A stretch of 64,000 nt of DNA from a virus (IMGVR_UViG_3300014205_000181:1-64000); one strand, 5' to 3'; shown: positions 52,354-62,600, numbered from the stretch's first letter. The notes: generated by a model from the letters alone, not told the origin. Program-made: numbers and translations.

Positions 52354-53178
52354 ATGAAAAGAATACCTAAGATAGTTCATATGTATTGGGACGGAACACC
52401 TATGTCTAAACTACAGACTTTTACTGTAACTTCTTTTTGTAGGTTAAATCCAGATTGGAAAGTAATAGTACATCTTGATAAATTAAGGTATCGTGGGAAC
52501 AATAAATATATACCTTCCTATGTACGAGAAGATTATTTCCATATAGTGAAGGATAATAAACAAGTTAATATAGATGAAGTAAATCTTTCTGATTATGGCG
52601 TCAGTGGAGATTTACATCCGATATTAAGATCAGATATATTGAGGTATCATTGGCTATATAATGAGGGAGGTGTTTGGTCAGATTTTGATGTTATTTGGTT
52701 AAAACCTATTCATTATTTAAGCACTATAGCTGGAACTGATTCATTTGGGGTTACTTTATGCATGTACGATGGGAAAAAGAAACATCATAATGTAAGTGTA
52801 TTGGTCAGTTCCAAAGGCCACGAATTTTATAGGTATGCCATATATTTATGCAATGAAATAAAAAATAAAATAACAGAAAACCCGGACCATCAGGAGTTCG
52901 GGAATTCAATTTTTAATAAAGCATTCCCTAAGCCTGAAGACGCCTTGAGTAAATTCCCAGATATGATTAATTTAAAATATGAAACATTTTTCCCGTATTC
53001 TATTTTTAATATGGACGCGCTGTATTTAAGTACGGACTTAACGTATATAACAGACTCGGTTATTGGTGTACATTGGTTTAACGGCCACAAGTATAGTAAG
53101 GACTACGTAAATAACAATGGTTTCAGTAGAGATTGTAGTATGACAGAAATCATTAAAAATGAGGGTTATAATGACTAA
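52354..53178 (+). CDS. DXD glycosyltransferase (GT32/Och1-like)
   Basis: IPKIVH.YW, SDILR..LY.EGGVWSDFD, VHWF. Confidence 0.85.
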   Translation: MKRIPKIVHMYWDGTPMSKLQTFTVTSFCRLNPDWKVIVHLDKLRYRGNNKYIPSYVREDYFHIVKDNKQVNIDEVNLSDYGVSGDLHPILRSDILRYHWLYNEGGVWSDFDVIWLKPIHYLSTIAGTDSFGVTLCMYDGKKKHHNVSVLVSSKGHEFYRYAIYLCNEIKNKITENPDHQEFGNSIFNKAFPKPEDALSKFPDMINLKYETFFPYSIFNMDALYLSTDLTYITDSVIGVHWFNGHKYSKDYVNNNGFSRDCSMTEIIKNEGYND

Positions 53179-54004
53179 AAGAAATATTTTTTTATTTAAG
53201 GCAGAAGGAAAAGAAAATTTCGGAGAATACTTATGTAAGAGTGTTATACAAAAGATGGGGTTTGGACTTAATAATTATTCTAATGTTAACCAGATAACAG
53301 AACCAATTGATTATATAATGACTGGGATAGGTGGATTTCTAAACAATGAAATCCATTCTTTATATTTAACTAAAGCCAAGAAGTGGTATGTGTGGGGTAG
53401 CGGAGTTCATTGCATTCCTTTACCTTGGCATAAATTATCGGAAGACATCATAAAGAACAAATGTATTATAACTGCTTTAAGAGGTCCGATGACCAGGGAT
53501 TATTACGGGATCAAAGATGATATTACACTAGGTGATGCTGGCTACTTAGCTTCTTATTTTTTTAAATTCCCAGTAAATGAGAAGAAGAAGAATGTACTCA
53601 TTAATCATCATTATGATAATGTTAAAAAACCGATGAAAGGAATAGATATTCATATATCGTCTTTGATGGACTCAGACATTAATGGTTCTTTTGACAATCA
53701 GTTTAAATACATATTGAATAGTATATGTAACGCAAATATAGTAATGACTAGCTCTATGCACGTAGCTATAGTTGCTTATTCTTATGGTATTCCCTTTGCA
53801 ATGGTAGCCAAGAGAGAGACTGATTTAGTTAAAGAGTGGAAGTGGCATGATACATTATTGAATATGGGCATAACAAAGAAAATAGTATTGTGTGAGAGTA
53901 TAGAAGATGGTTGGGCTTGGTGGAACAGTGTTCAGAAAGATATACGTCCAATTACTAAAGAATATCAGGGAACAATAATAAAGGCATTTCCCGTAATACT
54001 ATGA
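53171..54004 (+). CDS. Polysaccharide pyruvyltransferase-like protein
   Basis: NFGE, WGSG, LRGP.T, GD, TSSMH...AYSYGIP. Confidence 0.8.
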   Translation: MTKRNIFLFKAEGKENFGEYLCKSVIQKMGFGLNNYSNVNQITEPIDYIMTGIGGFLNNEIHSLYLTKAKKWYVWGSGVHCIPLPWHKLSEDIIKNKCIITALRGPMTRDYYGIKDDITLGDAGYLASYFFKFPVNEKKKNVLINHHYDNVKKPMKGIDIHISSLMDSDINGSFDNQFKYILNSICNANIVMTSSMHVAIVAYSYGIPFAMVAKRETDLVKEWKWHDTLLNMGITKKIVLCESIEDGWAWWNSVQKDIRPITKEYQGTIIKAFPVIL

Positions 54005-54822
54005 AGTGTTATTTAGCATATTCAGCAAATCCAGATGTAAGACATAAAGCGTCAACTGGGGGATTTTGCAAAGAATTTTTACGTTTTTGCATAGAGGGGA
54101 AAATAATAGATAAGTCAATACTAACAATTCTTGGAGAAGGAGAAGAAGCTTTAATCCCAAGAACTATAATTACTGATGATATAGAGAAGATAATGTCTAC
54201 GAAGAGTAATTCTATATATGATAAAACTAATCCATTATCCATTTTATCTAGTTTGAATAAAAACGAAAGTTATATTTTTGTAGGTTTGCCATGTCATATT
54301 TACTCAGTTAAAAAATATTGCAGCAAACACAATATCCGAATTATAACAATATCTTTATTCTGCAATCATACATCAGACAATAAATATTATAAAAGTGTTT
54401 TAGATAAAGCAAACCTGAGTGAAATAGATGTAAAACATTTCGAATATAGAGGATCTGGATGGCCTGGGTTTGAAAAAATAATTACCAATGAAGACCAGGA
54501 AATTAAGATTGACCATATAGAGGGATGGGATAATTATGTAAAAAAATATATGCAAATGCTACCAAAATGCAAGGTGTGCACCAGAATGATTTCGGAAGAA
54601 GCAGACATATGTGTTGGCGATGCATGGATGCAAAAAGTATTAAATAACGATAGCAATGGAACTAATATGGTTGTGGCGATGACCACAACAGCGGATAAAC
54701 TTGTAATGGATTGTTGTAAAAGTGGATATATTCATATTGAACATTTAGATATATCTGAATTTGAGGCCCAGAATAATAGGTCTGTTAAAATTAAGAAAGA
54801 TAGAAGAGAGGCTTATGAATAG
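54001..54822 (+). CDS. F420 hydrogenase/dehydrogenase beta-subunit (FrhB)-like Fe-S protein
   Basis: ASTGG, FVGLPC, LFC, YRGSGWPG, CKVC...ADICVGDAW. Confidence 0.8.
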   Translation: MKCYLAYSANPDVRHKASTGGFCKEFLRFCIEGKIIDKSILTILGEGEEALIPRTIITDDIEKIMSTKSNSIYDKTNPLSILSSLNKNESYIFVGLPCHIYSVKKYCSKHNIRIITISLFCNHTSDNKYYKSVLDKANLSEIDVKHFEYRGSGWPGFEKIITNEDQEIKIDHIEGWDNYVKKYMQMLPKCKVCTRMISEEADICVGDAWMQKVLNNDSNGTNMVVAMTTTADKLVMDCCKSGYIHIEHLDISEFEAQNNRSVKIKKDRREAYE

Positions 54823-55675
54823 CTGGAGTATGTCGATCCCTAAGGTTCTCAATTTGTATTGGGGTAAAAATAAACCATTATCTTTTATGAAGTACCTGAC
54901 CGCTTTATCTTTTGTGAAACATAACCCAGATTGGGAGATAATAGTTTATTACCCATCTGTGGTAGAAAGTAAAATATTGTGGGATAGCAATGAACAAAAA
55001 GAATATAATTATGATGACATTGATTATTTTGATAGATTAAGTAATATTAAAAATTTATCTTTAAGGAAAACCGAGTTTGGTGAATTTTCAAACTTATCAG
55101 AAGTACATAAATCAGATCTCATTAGGCTTAAAATATTATCAACATCAGGTGGGGTTTGGTCAGATTTTGATATTTTTTATACAAAATCGATTAATGAATT
55201 CGATCTAAATAATACTGACAATAAATTAAAAGATACATTTGTTTGCTTCACTAGTTATCATAGTATCGGGTTTTTAATGAGTTCTGGGAATAATAAATTC
55301 TTTGAAGAACTATATAAAATGGCAATATATAATATAAAAAATGCTGAAAATCTACAATACCAAAATTTAGGTAGGGATTTATATAATTATTTTTTTAAAT
55401 ATAATGATTATAAAGCGATTAATTATTCAATTAAATTCAATTGTAACATTGCAAACATTACATTTGAAACGGTATATCCACTACAATGGAACCAGATAGA
55501 TTTAATATTTGGCGATAACAAACAGCGATTACCAGAAAATACAGTTGGCGTACATTGGTTTGCTGGATCTCCAATAACATCTAGTGTAGAGAATAAAATT
55601 ACAGAAGAAAATATCCACCTTAATAAAGATAAATTCCTTCTAAAACTAATGTGTGAATTACTTGAAGAAATATAG
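54815..55675 (+). CDS. DXD glycosyltransferase (GT32-like)
   Basis: IPK...YW, KSDLIRL..L..SGGVWSDFD, VHWFAG. Confidence 0.85.
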   Translation: MNSWSMSIPKVLNLYWGKNKPLSFMKYLTALSFVKHNPDWEIIVYYPSVVESKILWDSNEQKEYNYDDIDYFDRLSNIKNLSLRKTEFGEFSNLSEVHKSDLIRLKILSTSGGVWSDFDIFYTKSINEFDLNNTDNKLKDTFVCFTSYHSIGFLMSSGNNKFFEELYKMAIYNIKNAENLQYQNLGRDLYNYFFKYNDYKAINYSIKFNCNIANITFETVYPLQWNQIDLIFGDNKQRLPENTVGVHWFAGSPITSSVENKITEENIHLNKDKFLLKLMCELLEEI

Positions 55676-56462
55676 TATTGTGTTTCCTTATTATAAAAGA
55701 TCTAGTCAACTCCATAATTCACTTATTTCGTTCCAACATCACTATAAAGATAGAAATGATTATGAAGTAATTGTCGTTGAAGATATTAAAAACTATAATA
55801 ATGCAGAAGAACACGAAAAACTATTAAAAGTATTAAAGTTTTATACACAAAATGCCGATAAGGTAGTTAATATAAAACTGATAAAATCGAGCTTTGAGAA
55901 TTGTTATAATCCAGCTCCTTTATTTAATTTAGGAGTGAAAAACGCTAGTGGCGAATATTTAATTATAACAAATCCAGAGATATTCCATAAAGATAATATA
56001 TTGAGTGCATGTGATGATATATTGTCTAAATACGATGACCATTATATAGTATTTTCTTGCCTTAATGTTGATGAGTATCCTAAAAGTGTATCTGATTTTG
56101 ATGAATTTACTTTTAAACCAAAAATGTGGTATCAACATTTAAAATATAGAAATGCTTTATTCCATTTCTGTTCCTGCTTGTCGAAGAGACAGTATGAAGA
56201 AATTGGGGGATTTGATGAAATATATTCATTAGGTATTGCATACGATGATGACGATTTCAGAGAAACAATAAATAAAGCAGGGATTCAATTCATAGCAACT
56301 GATTCATTTTTAACATTGCATCAAGATCATGGAAGTGTGTTTGATAAATTGCCTGATTATGAAAAGAGATTGAATAGAAATAAAGCGTTGTATTATTTGA
56401 AGAAGCAAAATAAGTCAAGTGAGTATATTAACCAATTTTTAGGAGAGAATTTTGGTGGATAA
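55653..56462 (+). CDS. GT2-family glycosyltransferase
   Basis: SIVFPYY, YEVIVVED, N.GV..A.G, IGGFDE, YDDDDF. Confidence 0.85.
   Translation: MNYLKKYSIVFPYYKRSSQLHNSLISFQHHYKDRNDYEVIVVEDIKNYNNAEEHEKLLKVLKFYTQNADKVVNIKLIKSSFENCYNPAPLFNLGVKNASGEYLIITNPEIFHKDNILSACDDILSKYDDHYIVFSCLNVDEYPKSVSDFDEFTFKPKMWYQHLKYRNALFHFCSCLSKRQYEEIGGFDEIYSLGIAYDDDDFRETINKAGIQFIATDSFLTLHQDHGSVFDKLPDYEKRLNRNKALYYLKKQNKSSEYINQFLGENFGG
55833..55862 (+). promoter_or_regulatory. sigma28/FliA-like promoter inside the GT2 gene, upstream of the major tail gene
   Basis: TTAAAGTTTTATACACAAAATGCCGATAAG. Confidence 0.7.
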
Positions 56463-57135
56463 AGAGAACATCCGTTTGGGAATTGGGCTTCCATTGGTAG
56501 ACGACAAGGTACACACTGCATTTTTAGATTCCTTTGTGATGATGAAGAAGCCAAATTTCGTATATATTAGGCCAACATTCCCATCAATGCAGATTGATGT
56601 AATTAGAAATCAATTGGTTAAGCAAGCATTAGAATCTGGTTGTACTCATTTGTTGATGCTAGATACGGATCAGGTATACCATGACCCAGATATGATTAGT
56701 AAAATGCTGGAACACGATAAAGATGTTGTATCAGCTATCGTACATAGGCGCTATCCTGGCTTTGATCCCATCACTCTAAGGGGTGAACCTGGGAAGTACT
56801 TAATGGTTCCAGATGAAGAAATTTTAGCAGCAAGAGAATTAGATAACCACCTAATTGAAATAGACGCGACAGGTGGAGGTTGTTTACTTTACAAGACTGA
56901 AGTATTTTTAAAAATCCCGCCAGCTTGGTTTGAATTTTCAAGAACTGAAGGCGGCGATGTCATAGGAGAGGATGTAAATTTTTGTTATAAATTGAAGCAA
57001 AATGGATATAAGATATATTGTGATACGTCTATTGATATTGGGCATTTAAGCAATTTAGAAATAAATTGGGCGACATATCGGCTTTACGGCCACTTAAAGA
57101 AACTACAAAAAGAAGATGAAAATAAGAAATTATAA
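56452..57135 (+). CDS. GT-A fold glycosyltransferase-like protein (paralog 3)
   Basis: THLLMLDTD, GEDVNFC, CDTS..IGH. Confidence 0.75.
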   Translation: MVDKENIRLGIGLPLVDDKVHTAFLDSFVMMKKPNFVYIRPTFPSMQIDVIRNQLVKQALESGCTHLLMLDTDQVYHDPDMISKMLEHDKDVVSAIVHRRYPGFDPITLRGEPGKYLMVPDEEILAARELDNHLIEIDATGGGCLLYKTEVFLKIPPAWFEFSRTEGGDVIGEDVNFCYKLKQNGYKIYCDTSIDIGHLSNLEINWATYRLYGHLKKLQKEDENKKL

Positions 57136-57168
57136 ATAAGCAATTATAAATAAGCAGGAGGTATAAAT

Positions 57169-57585
57169 ATGGCACAAGCATATGCTGGACGTGAAACACA
57201 GGTAACATTGAATGGTGGCACAATTAGTCTTTTAGGGTCTTGGACTCTTAATGGGCAGGAAGTTGAGCTTTTGGAGCAAACTGCTTTCGGAGACACCTAT
57301 CGTCAGTTTTTGCCCGGTTTGAAGAGCGGAGGCACTATTTCTTTTAACGGTTTGTACGATGGCACCGATACTGCGGGCCAAACCGCCCTTCGGAATTATA
57401 ACGCTAACAATACTAGCGTGACTGACATTAAGTTATACGTGGATGATACCAGCTATTATACGCCGAGTACCACAAATCCATTATCATATTGCTGGGTGAC
57501 TGGCTTTGATGTTGGCTCTGAGGTCGGTGGCTTAGTCACTGCTACATTTTCACTCGCCGTGTCTGGCAAGATGGTACTCGTATAA
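57169..57585 (+). CDS. Major tail (tube) protein
   Basis: TAFGD.....PGLKSGG.ISF.G; strong RBS; synteny. Confidence 0.8.
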   Translation: MAQAYAGRETQVTLNGGTISLLGSWTLNGQEVELLEQTAFGDTYRQFLPGLKSGGTISFNGLYDGTDTAGQTALRNYNANNTSVTDIKLYVDDTSYYTPSTTNPLSYCWVTGFDVGSEVGGLVTATFSLAVSGKMVLV

Positions 57586-57599
57586 TAAATTAAATAATT

Positions 57600-57687
57600 G
57601 TGGGATAGGACGGCCATCCGATAAGCATAGACCTAGCTATGTTTCCCACTCTTTACAATTTCTAGGTTTCTGCTAGGAGAAAATATG
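57600..57687 (+). promoter_or_regulatory. Endonuclease-leader RNA motif, copy D
   Basis: P1 GTGGGA/TCCCAC; TAGGACGGCCATCCGATA; P3 AGCATAG/CTATGTT; loop ACCTAG fully complementary to CTAGGT at 57662. Confidence 0.78.
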
Positions 57688-58551
57688 GAAGAATTAAGGT
57701 TTTGTGAATGCAATTGTGGTGAGAGAGTTAAAAATAATAGGTATCGATTTTTATCGGGTCATGCTAAGAATCTAGCTAACCAAGAACCTCCGTTGTGTGC
57801 TTGTAATTGTGGGCAGAGAGTTGAATTTGATCATTGGAAAAATCGGTGGAATAAATTTGTAAATAATCATTACGTCCCTACAGAACAAGCAGTAAAAAAT
57901 ATTTCAAAAGCGAAAATTAAAAGTAACGAAACCAAAAGAATGAATAGGATAAAGGAATTGGGCCATCCTCCTGATTGCGCCTGTGGTTGTGGTGGAAAAG
58001 TATCGATGAATAGGAATCATTCAAAGTGGAACGATTATTTAGTTGGTCATTTCCCAAAGGTTAGAAAAGTATCAGAAATTACTAAACAAAAGTTATCTGA
58101 TATTGGGAAAGAGTTGGTCGGAGAGAAAAATCCATTTTACGGGAAATGTCATTCAAAAGAAACTAAAGAAAAATTAAGTCTATTAGCTATTGCGATGGGA
58201 AAGACAGGAGAAAAAGCTAATAATTGGAAAGGTGGAATACACCCGATCTACCAGACAATAAGAAATTGTGAAAAATATCAATATTGGAGACTTAAAACAT
58301 TCACCAGAGACGGGTTCGCTTGCCAAGAATGTGGAGACACAAAATCCAGGTTTAATGCTCACCACATATATCAATTTAAGCAAATTTTAGATGATTATAA
58401 TATTACCACTCTTGAACAAGCCATAGCATGTGACGCTTTATGGGATATAGATAATGGAATCACACTTTGTAAGGAATGTCATAAAGAATTGCATAAAGCC
58501 ATGAATAAGGCACTACGTAGAAAACAAAAGTTGCTTAAGACTATCAATTAA
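57685..58551 (+). CDS. NUMOD3/HNH homing endonuclease
   Basis: CxCxCG repeats, GEKNPFYGK.HS.ETK, NWKGG, RD.F.CQECG...HH...NGITLC..CH. Confidence 0.88.
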   Translation: MEELRFCECNCGERVKNNRYRFLSGHAKNLANQEPPLCACNCGQRVEFDHWKNRWNKFVNNHYVPTEQAVKNISKAKIKSNETKRMNRIKELGHPPDCACGCGGKVSMNRNHSKWNDYLVGHFPKVRKVSEITKQKLSDIGKELVGEKNPFYGKCHSKETKEKLSLLAIAMGKTGEKANNWKGGIHPIYQTIRNCEKYQYWRLKTFTRDGFACQECGDTKSRFNAHHIYQFKQILDDYNITTLEQAIACDALWDIDNGITLCKECHKELHKAMNKALRRKQKLLKTIN

Positions 58552-58901
58552 AAATTTTACCAAGTATTTAAGTATTCAGTTAAGAAACTATCTAACCAAA
58601 TATCTAAACATCGTTAATAAGTACCTAAAGAGTAACCACAACTTAGGAGACCGCCTTGCATAATGTAAAAATTACATTAAAAAACGGTTCTAGTACTACT
58701 GGAATCGTAGAAGTAGATGGTAAAATTATGAAATGCAAGAGGGTAGAGTTCAAGGCTGATATTAATGATACTCCTACTGTAATACTAACCATAGTACCAA
58801 ACATTGTTGAAATCAAAGCAGATGCTTTTGTTTTAGAAGACACTACATCTATGGGAGATGAGTGGCGTAGTTTTAAAAAATATGATGGAGGTAATGAATA
58901 A

Positions 58902-59312
58902 ATGACATGGGATCTCGAAAATATTAATCCAAGCGTCAGGCACAACTTCAACGACGATGAGTACGTAGATTTTAGATTGGTTAGTGATGAGAAGATGCAG
59001 GAAATCCGCAAAGAAGTTGGCCTGAAAACAAAGCAGCGTTATATTCCTAATCCGAATACCAAACGCATGGATGTAGTACAGGATATGGACTTCAACGATG
59101 ATCTAATGACTAAGTTCAATGATGCCATTATTTGTTACCAGATTGATAATTGGAATCTTAAACAACCTACTGGATTAGAAATTCCATGTACCGATGAGAA
59201 CAAGAAGAAGTTGTACTATGGCTCTCCGGTTTTCTCTAAATGGGCGAATAATTGTTTAGCTAAGATGCAGTCAAAGGTTGATGAAATTGAGGAAGTAGAA
59301 GTAAAAAACTAA
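58902..59312 (+). CDS. Tail assembly chaperone (gpG-like)
   Basis: Upstream of tape measure; ends GTA AAA AAC TAA. Confidence 0.8.
   Translation: MTWDLENINPSVRHNFNDDEYVDFRLVSDEKMQEIRKEVGLKTKQRYIPNPNTKRMDVVQDMDFNDDLMTKFNDAIICYQIDNWNLKQPTGLEIPCTDENKKKLYYGSPVFSKWANNCLAKMQSKVDEIEEVEVKN
59303..59309 (+). other. Programmed -1 frameshift site A AAA AAC giving a gpGT-like fusion
   Basis: The -1 frame reads AAA AAA CTA ATC AGC TAC ATG, in frame with ORF 59321..59656. Confidence 0.85.
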
Positions 59313-59320
59313 TCAGCTAC

Positions 59321-59656
59321 ATGGAGAGGATTGAGAAAAAGCCTAGATGTAGTACTTGCAGGAAATTGAAACAGCATCGGAACTCTCCTCCACCGTGTAG
59401 CGAATGTGTGCCAGAATTATATGAAAGTAACCGAGACGCAGCTAAGATTTGGAATCTAGTGCAAGATCAACGGATTTGGGTTGGTGGCGGGATGGGGGAA
59501 CCAATTTCTGTAGCTCTTGAGCAAGCAGCGTTGTGGAAACTTTTAGATGAATTCAAAGTACAAGATAGAATAAAAACGTTTATTAAAGTCCTGAAAGTGT
59601 TTGAACATTTTCATGGAATAGAGATGAGGCAAAGAGCTATGAGGAATTCTAAGTAG
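59321..59656 (+). CDS. Tail assembly chaperone extension (gpT-like)
   Basis: Reached by the -1 frameshift; directly precedes the tape measure gene. Confidence 0.75.
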   Translation: MERIEKKPRCSTCRKLKQHRNSPPPCSECVPELYESNRDAAKIWNLVQDQRIWVGGGMGEPISVALEQAALWKLLDEFKVQDRIKTFIKVLKVFEHFHGIEMRQRAMRNSK

Positions 59657-59678
59657 TGATTAAGTTTGGTGAGTTTCC

Positions 59679-62600
59679 ATGATTAAATTAGGTGAGATTT
59701 TTGTCTCTCTAAAGCTGGACTATTCTCAGTATGCTTCTGATTTAAAAAAACAGGAGCAAGCGGCGCTGACTTCCGCCCAGAGGATTGAGAAAGCGAATGT
59801 TTCCTCTAATCAAAAAATTGTTCAATCGCAAGTTGATTCCGGCTCTAAACAACTATCGGCATACGATAAATTCATCGCAGATAAAGATAGATTAACTCAA
59901 AGGTCTGCTGCTGCTATGATAGCGACTCAAGACAAAGCTGCCGCTGCAATAATGAGCAATAATGTAAGGCAAGATGCATTGTTGCGAAAGGTGTCAGACG
60001 ATTATACTTCTTATGATGCCAAAGCTCAATATACCAGGACGCAGTTGGCACAAAAAGCTGCTGCTGCACAGCTACAAATAGATGAAAAACTAAATGCTTC
60101 TATTCTGGCTTCAAAAAAAGCATTAAATCAACAGAGATTAAAAGAAGAATCTGCCGCAGCAAAGGGAGACGAAACCAGCTTTTTTGCGAAAAACGTTGAG
60201 GCGTTAACAAAACGTATTCTAGTGACATCTGCCGCATTGACTATTTTTTATGGCTCTATGAGGGCTATTCGTGCTGAGTTTATGGCTGGATTGGCAGCAG
60301 TAGAAGACTATGAATTAAAAGTCGCATCAATGTCTGCTTTCTTGACTACCTTTAGTAAAAATCTCACAAAGACAAATGCATCTGAAGTCTATCGACAATC
60401 TAATGCCGAAGCGCAAAAACTTGTCCAAACTATGGAAATATTGGACGCTAGGACTATTGCATCTGGTAAAGATTTAACCACAATGGCCGAGCAGTTTATT
60501 AAGGGCGGAATCAAGATTGATACCCAAAATAAAGCCGCCATGGACGGATTTGTAAATATTGCTAACGCCTTAAAATTATTAACAAAGGGGCAGAACCAAG
60601 AAATCCAAATGCGCCAAGAAATCAGGGCGCTGTCTCAAGGGCAAGTAAGAGACCAAAATATTCTTGTTCAGACATTGAAAGGGATTGATCCGCAAATTAA
60701 AGAACATATAAAACTGTGGAAACAACAAGGAACCGTTCTGGAAAATGTTGGCATTCTATTGAAGGGTTTCGGCCCTGCTGCAAAAGACTTAGGCAATACT
60801 TGGGCCGTTGTTGGTAGTACGATGGAAACGATCCACAATAGAGTTTTAAGGGATGCTTTTAGACCGACCTACGAATCTCTAATCGAATCCGCCAAGGCAT
60901 GGAATGCTATGTTGATGAATGTAGACGGGACATTGACGAACTTTGCGAAAACACTAAGTTTTGTTATCGGGTTTATTTCAAAGTTCGTGGAGAATTTTGT
61001 CACAATGGTTGCTATAATTACCCCAATAGCTGCAATAGTTGGTCTTATTGCAGCGGCATTCGGAGTGTTGAACTTTGCGATAAGTGCCTTGACTATAACT
61101 ATGTTGGCGAATCCGTTGACTGCTGGTTTGGTTGTGGTGACAATGGCATTAACCGCTAAAACCGTATATGATTTGGCAAAATCACAAGATTCCCTTAATG
61201 ATAAAACAAAAGAGCTTACGAATTCAACTTATGGATTAAACCAAGAAATAAATAAAACTGGATCGTCTAGTAAAAATAATGGACTGCTTGCCTTCTTGGA
61301 TGAAGCGACAAAGAAGGCAAGCACATTATACACTGAACTAAATAAATTGAAAGGCATAGACGTTAGAGGAATTGGAGGTATGGATAAACCACAAGTACCT
61401 CTCATAAGTAGAGACGTAAGTTTGACTTCTGGCACACAAACTGCTCAATTGGCAACAGCTAGGGGCGAAGTGGATAAAGAAGAATTAGACAATGGTATAG
61501 AATCACTCAAAAAATTAAAGTTGCAATTATCAGACCAAAATGCGCTATATGAGAAAAATAATGAATCCTCAATGAAATATAGGTTGTCGCTTGGGGATTT
61601 AGCAAAAACAATTAGGGATTTAGAATCTACGGGGCAAAAAACTACGGCTGATGCATGGAAACGTTCTCTTTTAATGGAGGCAAGGACTAAAGATGAATTA
61701 GAAGCAAGAACTAAAGCCAATAAAGACGCAGTTTCTGCCCAAGAAAAAGCAGACCGAGATAGAATACAATCATTAGAAAGGTATGAAGATTTAAAAAGAA
61801 GTCTTTACAAAGAAGAAAAAGATAGATTAGAAAAATCTTCCAAAACAGCAGACGATTATTTCGGTAAGCTTCAGAATAAATTAGAATCGCTAGAAGCATC
61901 ACCAGGAGAGACCGAACAATTATTAAATTGGGAAGATAAATTTACGGAAGCAATGTTTGCTGCTGGTAATTCTGTTTCAATAACTTCGGAAGAGCTTGAT
62001 AAATTATATGAAAAAATGGCAAAATTTGATGAAACGATGGGCAAAACAAAAGCAAAGTTAGGCCAAAAAGAAGTAAAAGATTCAAATATCAGAACAGATA
62101 AATTAATGGAGCAAATCTTTCCTAATCAAAAGAGAGAATTAAAGGGAGAGACATTAAAAGATAAATTAGATAAAGAAAAAGCGTTATGGAACACATATAC
62201 TGAAGAGCAAAAGAAACTCTCTGAAATGACGGAAGAAGATTGGACAAAAGCATATGATGGTATAGCTGCTCAACAAGATACTTTTTTTAATGGAGCAAGA
62301 GATGGATTCGATAAATATGCAACAAACACAACTTCTGCTTTTAAAACTGCGTCAGATTCTGTTCAACGAGCCTTTAAGGGTATGGAAGACGCATTAGTCG
62401 AATTTGTAAAAACTGGTAAAATTAGCTTTACCGATATGGTTGATAGTATGGTGAATGATCTAATTAGATATCAAGTTCAACAAAGCATTACTACCCCATT
62501 AGCAGAAGGTTCTAGTTCGTTGTTAGGATTGGCAGGAGCCGCGATAGCTAGTTATTTCGGGGGGGGCGGAGGTGGCACGCCAGAAGCATTTTCCCAAGTA

